Shown: piece by piece, positions 35,197 through 40,933 of the stretch
Numbering within the stretch: position 1 is the first letter of the stretch
How the letters are laid out: each line of letters starts with the position of its first letter
Source of the DNA: Actinomycetota bacterium
GTDB lineage: Bacteria > Actinomycetota > Actinomycetes > Nanopelagicales > Nanopelagicaceae
Direction: 5' to 3'
Assembly: GCA_016195215.1 (NCBI GenBank)
Contig: JACPZY010000092.1
Span: forward strand, 1 to 40,933
Length of the DNA stretch: 40,933 nt
Position numbers and translations under genes: made by a program
Notes under the pieces: generated by a model
What the model saw: the letters and a program-made list of their open reading frames with translations, nothing else
Database searches by the model: none
Told to the model about the DNA's origin: nothing

Positions 35197-36480
35197 CTAC
35201 CCAGGGAGTTTCCCCCATCCCGGTAGGCCAAGCCGGATTGATTCTCTCCTCACATCCGCGTCATATGCCCGAGCAGCAGCGTGAGCGCTAATCTTGCCCG
35301 AGCCAACCTGGACAGCAATGGCGGAGAGTTTGGGACCTTTAATTGGTGAGACAAATTCGAGAGCCGGAGCTGTCCGGTCGTTGGATTGGAAGTAGGGAAG
35401 CATGTCGGAGGCGATGGATGAAAGTGGTCCGGAGAGTTTCGCACCTTTGATGAGGTAGGGGCCAGATGGCGGAACCGCCGCAGAAATAACTTTGATGGCC
35501 GCAGGCGAGACCGCATAGGAAATGAATTTTTTAGCGGCCGCGAGATGTTTGGTGCTCTTTGGAATGAAAAGACCGTTGGGCATCCAGACCGTTAGTCCAT
35601 TACTTGCCGCCGACGGACCAGGTTGGGCAAAGAAGCCAATGTTCTTGGCTTGCTTGGGATAGTTCTTCGCAAGATCAGCAGCAACAAAGGGATTGGCTGT
35701 GGCGAAATCCTTGTTTATATACCCAGCCTTGTAAACATCCTCTAAATGTTGGAACCCGACCATCGCGGCAGGAGTGTCGGCGATTGTGGTCCTGTTCGCT
35801 GTATAAACCGCAGCAAAATTTGGGAAAGCTGCCTGGACGTTAAAGAAGTCGGATAGAACGAATAATTGAGCTGTCCACGTATCTTTATAGGTGGCAATAA
35901 CGGGTGTAATTCCAGCCTTCTTTATCACTGCGTTATTTTTCATGAACTGGGACCAGGTAAGAGGAATCTTTAAACCAAGTTTCTTGTATACCGACTTGTT
36001 GTAAAGGATGCCGCCACCCATTGCACTTCCAACTGGGGCCCCAAAAACTCTTGTGCCTGTCGAGACGGCGGGGTAATAAGAGGAGAGCACGCTGGACTGC
36101 CAACTCTCGTCGGTGAGTTCGACTAAATTGACCACGGGGTCGAGTGCCTCAAAAAGAGATCCGCTGTAATAGAGGAAGACGTCATCCATTTTCCCTGCGG
36201 CTATTCTCTTTTGAACGAGATCCACCGCCTGAACCCCAGTCGGCCCAATATTTACCTGGACACGGATCCTCGGATTCTCTTTCTCAAAGGCCTGTGCAAG
36301 TGCCATGACGATGGTTTTATCAATGCTCTCACCATCGGTGTAGACAGTAATTGTCTCTATCCCCGCATAGGCACTCGGAACTAACAGGGCTAGAGCGAGA
36401 AATGGGGCGATGAGAGATGCAAGTAGTCTGGTCCAACGTCCAGCACCATTCATGATTTGCCTACTCTTCCATAGAGGCAT
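35197..36480 (-). CDS. ABC-transporter extracellular solute-binding protein (family 1, sugar-type), orphan
   Basis: Signal peptide LLASLIAPFLALALLVPSAYA followed by an SBP-like body. The likely start is Met at 36453. No permease or ATPase gene is adjacent. Confidence 0.7.
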   Translation of the reverse strand: MPLWKSRQIMNGAGRWTRLLASLIAPFLALALLVPSAYAGIETITVYTDGESIDKTIVMALAQAFEKENPRIRVQVNIGPTGVQAVDLVQKRIAAGKMDDVFLYYSGSLFEALDPVVNLVELTDESWQSSVLSSYYPAVSTGTRVFGAPVGSAMGGGILYNKSVYKKLGLKIPLTWSQFMKNNAVIKKAGITPVIATYKDTWTAQLFVLSDFFNVQAAFPNFAAVYTANRTTIADTPAAMVGFQHLEDVYKAGYINKDFATANPFVAADLAKNYPKQAKNIGFFAQPGPSAASNGLTVWMPNGLFIPKSTKHLAAAKKFISYAVSPAAIKVISAAVPPSGPYLIKGAKLSGPLSSIASDMLPYFQSNDRTAPALEFVSPIKGPKLSAIAVQVGSGKISAHAAARAYDADVRRESIRLGLPGWGKLPG

Positions 36481-36542
36481 TTCACAAGCAAAAATTTAAC
36501 AGACTTCGACCTGCCTGTCAGTTCTCTGAAATTCACCGTTTA

Positions 36543-38666
36543 TTGGAGCGCGCCGATACCCTCTTCCCTATGTCTTATTGGTTAAATCTGCTCCTGCCCG
36601 CAATTTCCTATGGGATAACTCTTTTCGCCCTTCTTTTACTCTATATAAATGGGCGAAAACTCATCGCAATCTACAGAGCCGGGCAGCCTGATCCAACCCG
36701 TAAGAACAATGGTTCCTCACGAATGGCACACATGCTCGGTGAAATCCTCGGCCATACCAAGATGCTCAATTTCACTGGCACAGGAATCGCACATTGGTTT
36801 GTCATGGTTGGGTTTGTCGCTCTTTTCGGCACACTGATAACTGCATACGGTCAAGTTTTAGATCCAACATTCACTCTCCCCTTTATTGGAAACTTTATCC
36901 CCTACGAATATTTCACCGAACTCATCACCGTCCTGACCAGTCTTGGAATTCTGACATTGATTTTTATCCGCCAGTACACCCGCATTTTCCAGAAGGGAAG
37001 GCGGTCGCGATTCTTTGGCTCCGGTTCGCTCAAGGCTTATTACGTTGAAGCAACCATTGTTGCCATCGCCATTTTCGTCAGCGTGCTGCGTGGGCTTGAG
37101 GGCGCACTCTCCAGTGACACATCGTGGAGTTGGCATTACCCATTCTCGTGGCGCCTCGTTCTCATTTTTAAACAATTACCGCTCGACACGATCCTCTCTT
37201 CGATTCAAATCGTGGCAGCACTAAAGATCGTCGTATCAATGCTCTGGTTCATCGTCATCGCACTCAATCTAACAATGGGTGTTGCCTGGCACCGTTTCCT
37301 TGCATTCTTCAATATTTACTACAAACGTCACAGCGATGGATCACCTTCACTTGGAGAACTTCCAGAAATGTTCTCCCACGGAAGACCGATTGACTTTGAA
37401 GATCCTTCTGAAGACGACATCTTCGGCCTGGGAACACGCGCGGACATTTCTTGGAAAGGCCTACTGGACATGACCACTTGTACTGAGTGCGGTCGTTGTC
37501 AATCGCAGTGCCCGGCCTGGCACACCGAAAAACCCCTTTCGCCAAAGCTTCTCATCATGGCAATGCGAGATCATGCGATGTCCAAGGTGGTAGAAAATGA
37601 ATCTCTAGTTGGAGAATCTGGCCCGATCTCTTACGACGTACTCTGGTCATGTACCACTTGTGGTGCTTGCGTCAACGAGTGTCCGGTCGACATTGAGCAC
37701 ATTGATCACATTGTTAATATGCGCCGTTTCCAAGTTCTCGTTGAATCCCAATTCCCATCCGAACTCGGTGGCACCTTCCGTAATCTGGAGAATGCTGGCA
37801 ATCCTTGGGGGGCAAATAGGAGTGACCGTGAAAGTTGGATCGCAGAGTGCAATTTCCCAATTCGCGTGGTGGAAGGTCAACTCCCCGAGGACGTTGAATA
37901 CTTGTTCTGGGTTGGTTGCGCCGGTGCATACGAGGAGCGCGCCAAGAAGACAACAAAGGCTGTCGCCGAACTTCTCTACATGTCAGGTGTGAGCTTTGCA
38001 GTTCTTGGAAAGAAAGAGACATGTACTGGAGATCCCGCTCGTCGCGCTGGAAATGAATTCCTTTACCAAATCCTTGCCAAGGAAAACCTGGAAACTTTCC
38101 AAGAGGTCTTTGCTGGGCGCACCGATAAAGGAAGAAAGAAAATAGTTGTTACTTGTCCTCATTGCTTCACGACCATTGGCCGCGACTACGCGCAAAGTGG
38201 ATTCGAGTTGGATGTCGTTCATCACACCCAACTTCTCAATCAACTGGTCCGCGAAGGAAGACTCACCCCTGTAAATAAGAGCGAAAAGAAGTTGACCTAC
38301 CACGACCCCTGTTACTTAGGTCGGCACAATCAGATTTACGAAGCACCCCGCGAACTCCTCGAAGCCACCGGTGTTGAAATTACAGAGATGCCGCGAAACC
38401 GCGAGCGCTCATTCTGCTGTGGTGGCGGAGGTGGACGGATGTGGATGGAGGAGAATCTCGGCACCCGGATCAACCTCAACCGTGTCGATGAGGCGATCGC
38501 CACGGGCGCAGAGGAAGTTGCTGTGGCATGTCCTTTCTGCCGCGTCATGGTGAGTGATGGTGTGAGTGGGCGGGAGAGTGATGTCGAGGTGCTCGATGTG
38601 GCCCAGGCCCTTCTTCGTTCGGTCAAACCTTCGGTCTCAGAAGGCCGGCTGAGCGCAGATACGTAA
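36543..38666 (+). CDS. Membrane-anchored (Fe-S)-binding oxidoreductase (NarI-like TM domain, 2x[4Fe-4S] and HdrD/GlcF-like CCG domains)
   Basis: About 250 aa of N-terminal TM helices, then CTECGRCQSQCP and CTTCGACVNECP. The CCG-type Cys motifs follow: VGCAG, TCPHC, DPCYLGRH, FCCGGGGG and ACPFC. An alternative start is ATG at 36570. Confidence 0.8.
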   Translation: MERADTLFPMSYWLNLLLPAISYGITLFALLLLYINGRKLIAIYRAGQPDPTRKNNGSSRMAHMLGEILGHTKMLNFTGTGIAHWFVMVGFVALFGTLITAYGQVLDPTFTLPFIGNFIPYEYFTELITVLTSLGILTLIFIRQYTRIFQKGRRSRFFGSGSLKAYYVEATIVAIAIFVSVLRGLEGALSSDTSWSWHYPFSWRLVLIFKQLPLDTILSSIQIVAALKIVVSMLWFIVIALNLTMGVAWHRFLAFFNIYYKRHSDGSPSLGELPEMFSHGRPIDFEDPSEDDIFGLGTRADISWKGLLDMTTCTECGRCQSQCPAWHTEKPLSPKLLIMAMRDHAMSKVVENESLVGESGPISYDVLWSCTTCGACVNECPVDIEHIDHIVNMRRFQVLVESQFPSELGGTFRNLENAGNPWGANRSDRESWIAECNFPIRVVEGQLPEDVEYLFWVGCAGAYEERAKKTTKAVAELLYMSGVSFAVLGKKETCTGDPARRAGNEFLYQILAKENLETFQEVFAGRTDKGRKKIVVTCPHCFTTIGRDYAQSGFELDVVHHTQLLNQLVREGRLTPVNKSEKKLTYHDPCYLGRHNQIYEAPRELLEATGVEITEMPRNRERSFCCGGGGGRMWMEENLGTRINLNRVDEAIATGAEEVAVACPFCRVMVSDGVSGRESDVEVLDVAQALLRSVKPSVSEGRLSADT

Positions 38667-38812
38667 AGCGAAGCAGTATCAAGCTAGACGAGCTTCCGAG
38701 ACGAGAGGCTTCACGCTAACTCCGTTTTTCAGGTCTGGGAAGGATACAGAGCAGGAATACGGTCTATTCTCAGATAGTTCCCAGATCCAACGGGCACTAT
38801 CGGCACCAAGAG

Positions 38813-39565
38813 GTGATGACTATGACGACTCTCAAAGAGCGAGCAGTGCAGCAGGAATCTACGGAAGTTACGACCCATCGGATCTTGGTGGTGGATGACG
38901 AGTCCAGCATTAGTGACCTGATTTCTACCAGTCTCCGTTTCGTCGGGTTCGATGTACGGACTGCGGCCAATGGAGCCCAAGCGCTCCAGGTCGCCGAGGA
39001 ATTTCAGCCTCATGCCATCGTTCTTGATGTCATGCTTCCCGACCTTGACGGGTTTGAAGTCTGTCGGCAGTTGCGTAGCGAGGGCCACACAGTCGGAGTT
39101 CTCTTTCTCACCGCTAAGGATGGCATGGAGGACAAGGTCGCTGGCTTAACAATCGGCGGCGATGACTATATGACCAAGCCTTTCAGTTTGGAAGAGTTGG
39201 TTGCACGTCTGCGCGCACTTCTCCGACGCACAGGAGCGATTGAATCCCTCCCCGACGATGAGAAAATCCGTTTCGCCGATCTAGAGTTGGACGAAGCTAC
39301 CCATGAAGTCCGTCGCGCGGGACAGTTAATTGATCTCTCCCCGACCGAGTTCCTGCTTCTTCGTTACCTTTTAATTAATGCCGACCGGGTTGTGTCAAAA
39401 GCTCAGATTCTTGATCATGTCTGGCAGTACGACTTCCGTGGCGACGCGGGAATTGTTGAGACTTATATTTCCTACCTACGGAAGAAGATTGACATCTTCG
39501 ATCCTCCGCTCATCCATACCGTTCGCGGTGTTGGTTATCGGTTGCGCATGCCTCCTAAGCTTTAA
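38813..39565 (+). CDS. OmpR-family response regulator (PhoP-like)
   Basis: Receiver motifs VVDDE, DVMLPDLDG, TAKD and KPF, with a winged-helix end VRGVGYRL. From memory it is nearly colinear with mycobacterial PhoP (FADLELDEATHEV, LSPTEFLLLRY). The likely start is ATG at 38816 or 38822. Confidence 0.85.
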   Translation: MMTMTTLKERAVQQESTEVTTHRILVVDDESSISDLISTSLRFVGFDVRTAANGAQALQVAEEFQPHAIVLDVMLPDLDGFEVCRQLRSEGHTVGVLFLTAKDGMEDKVAGLTIGGDDYMTKPFSLEELVARLRALLRRTGAIESLPDDEKIRFADLELDEATHEVRRAGQLIDLSPTEFLLLRYLLINADRVVSKAQILDHVWQYDFRGDAGIVETYISYLRKKIDIFDPPLIHTVRGVGYRLRMPPKL

Positions 39566-39602
39566 TGGCTTAAGACCTCTGCGCCTATAAACTTCAGCCA
39601 TT

Positions 39603-40933
39603 ATGGCCTCCCCACTTCGCAAGGTTTCTAATCCCCTTAGTTTGTGGAGTCTTCGTAATCGTCTCATTGTGGGTGTTGTCGCGCTCTCCGCTCTTGGCTT
39701 TATTGCATCAGATGTGGCAGCTCGCAGCGCACTCCAGTCATACCTCATTAATCAAGTTGATGCTCAACTCACAAGTGTCGCCGGTGGATCGACTCTCCGT
39801 CTTGATCGCGCCGGAATTGCCCAAGATGAGAACAGTTCGATGATGGTGGATCCCCAATCAGGGAATGACAATGGAATGACTTCCACAATGGAGGGCTCCG
39901 GAACTGCGGCAATGCAACCCTTGCGGCAAGTTCCAACAGCAATGTCAGTCACCCTGCTCAATCCCGATGGCAAAGTTATAGGAGTCATCGGAGGCGACCT
40001 CAACACTCAGGCAATCACAAACTTTATCGGGGGATTGACTCCGGCCAAAGTATCAGAACGTAAGAATCGGCCTTTTACCCTGGATGTGCCCGGTGCTGAT
40101 TTCCGCGTGCTGGCGCGTGTGCTTCCATCTGCTCTCGGTAGCGTTGTCGTGGCGCAATCCTTGGACAACATCGACAAGACTCTTCATCGCCTTCAGTTCC
40201 TATTTATTATTATCGGACTGATCGCTCTCCTTCTTATTGCGCTGGCATCTCGTAAAGTAATTTCGATCGGACTCAAGCCATTGGAAGCTGTTGAAACTAC
40301 GGCGGAGTCAATTGCTGCGGGCGACTTGTCTGCCCGTCTTCCGAAGGCAAAGCCAGATACGGAGGTCGGTCGACTTGTGGAATCACTTAACCAGATGTTG
40401 GCACGCATCGAGGAATCCTTTGCTGCTCGTAGCGCTAGCGAAAACCGTCTCCGTCGCTTTGTTGCCGACGCAAGTCATGAACTTCGTACTCCCTTGACTG
40501 CAATCCGCGGATTTGCCGAATTGCATCGTCAGGGTGCGGTTAAGGGAGAAGATCAGACCAAGGAGTTGATCGGACGCATTGAGAAGGAATCCTTACGTAT
40601 GGGATCTCTTGTCGAAGATCTCTTACTACTTGCAAGACTTGACCAGGCGCGGGATTTGAAAAAAGAACCAGTAAATCTAGTTGAAGCAGTACGGGATGCC
40701 GTAGCCTCTGCACAGGCGGCGGGGCCCAATCACCCAATCACTTTGATGGTTCCAGATGAGGACTTTTACGTACTCGGTGATCCAGATCGAATCCACCAAG
40801 TGGTCGCTAACTTGCTAGCAAATGCACGAACACATACAGAACCTGGTACACCAATTAACGTCGTGGTTTCGTACTCCCACGAAGGTACAACTATCTCTGT
40901 CGCTGATAAAGGTCCTGGGTTGAGCACGGAAGA
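39603..40933 (+). CDS. Sensor histidine kinase (partial, runs off the right edge)
   Basis: ATG at 39603. It has two TM segments around an extracytoplasmic loop of about 170 aa, a HAMP region, the H-box FVADASHELRTPLTAIRG and the start of the HATPase domain (ANLLANARTHT). It is not in the ORF track because it is open-ended. Confidence 0.85.
   Translation, partial: MASPLRKVSNPLSLWSLRNRLIVGVVALSALGFIASDVAARSALQSYLINQVDAQLTSVAGGSTLRLDRAGIAQDENSSMMVDPQSGNDNGMTSTMEGSGTAAMQPLRQVPTAMSVTLLNPDGKVIGVIGGDLNTQAITNFIGGLTPAKVSERKNRPFTLDVPGADFRVLARVLPSALGSVVVAQSLDNIDKTLHRLQFLFIIIGLIALLLIALASRKVISIGLKPLEAVETTAESIAAGDLSARLPKAKPDTEVGRLVESLNQMLARIEESFAARSASENRLRRFVADASHELRTPLTAIRGFAELHRQGAVKGEDQTKELIGRIEKESLRMGSLVEDLLLLARLDQARDLKKEPVNLVEAVRDAVASAQAAGPNHPITLMVPDEDFYVLGDPDRIHQVVANLLANARTHTEPGTPINVVVSYSHEGTTISVADKGPGLSTE

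Overview
This is about 41 kb of an actinobacterial-type chromosome. Supporting synteny: holB-tmk-topA, dnaK-grpE-dnaJ-hspR with a HAIR operator, and a PhoP-like two-component system. All family calls come from reading motifs in the supplied translations; no searches were run, and most start codons are uncertain by a few codons.

Layout:
- 1-1558: a 23-codon HTH-like ORF fragment, an IS481-family element, four tandem iterons that repeat its terminal inverted-repeat core, and tRNA-Thr(CGT).
- 1588-14088: a tightly packed glycan locus. It contains the full CDP-3,6-dideoxyhexose entry pathway (rfbF, rfbG, and an E1/rfbH dehydrase with its diagnostic His-for-Lys change and C-X57-C-X1-C-X7-C motif). 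It also has a YerE-like ThDP carboligase, an unexplained extra module (DHQS-like enzyme, second ThDP enzyme, HpcH/PEP-pyruvate TIM-barrel protein), two SDR-type genes (one broken by an in-frame TAA), and a GtrB-like GT2 / GT87-like GT-C pair.
- 14155-25544: VOC protein, secreted alpha/beta hydrolase, holB, an MFS-tmk fusion, topA, a K+-independent H+-pyrophosphatase and DedA.
- 25553-27179: a small accessory patch. A VOC gene is bracketed by 32-bp direct repeats and sits next to a solitary Abi_2/HEPN-like gene.
- 27320-40933: aldo/keto reductase, pyrE, a DUF1800/DUF1501 (Tat) pair, the hspR-dnaJ-grpE-dnaK operon, an orphan solute-binding protein, a membrane HdrD-like Fe-S oxidoreductase, a response regulator and a partial sensor kinase.

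The best candidate for undescribed biology is the branched-sugar locus, specifically the DHQS-like / second ThDP / HpcH-like module embedded in the CDP-sugar operon.
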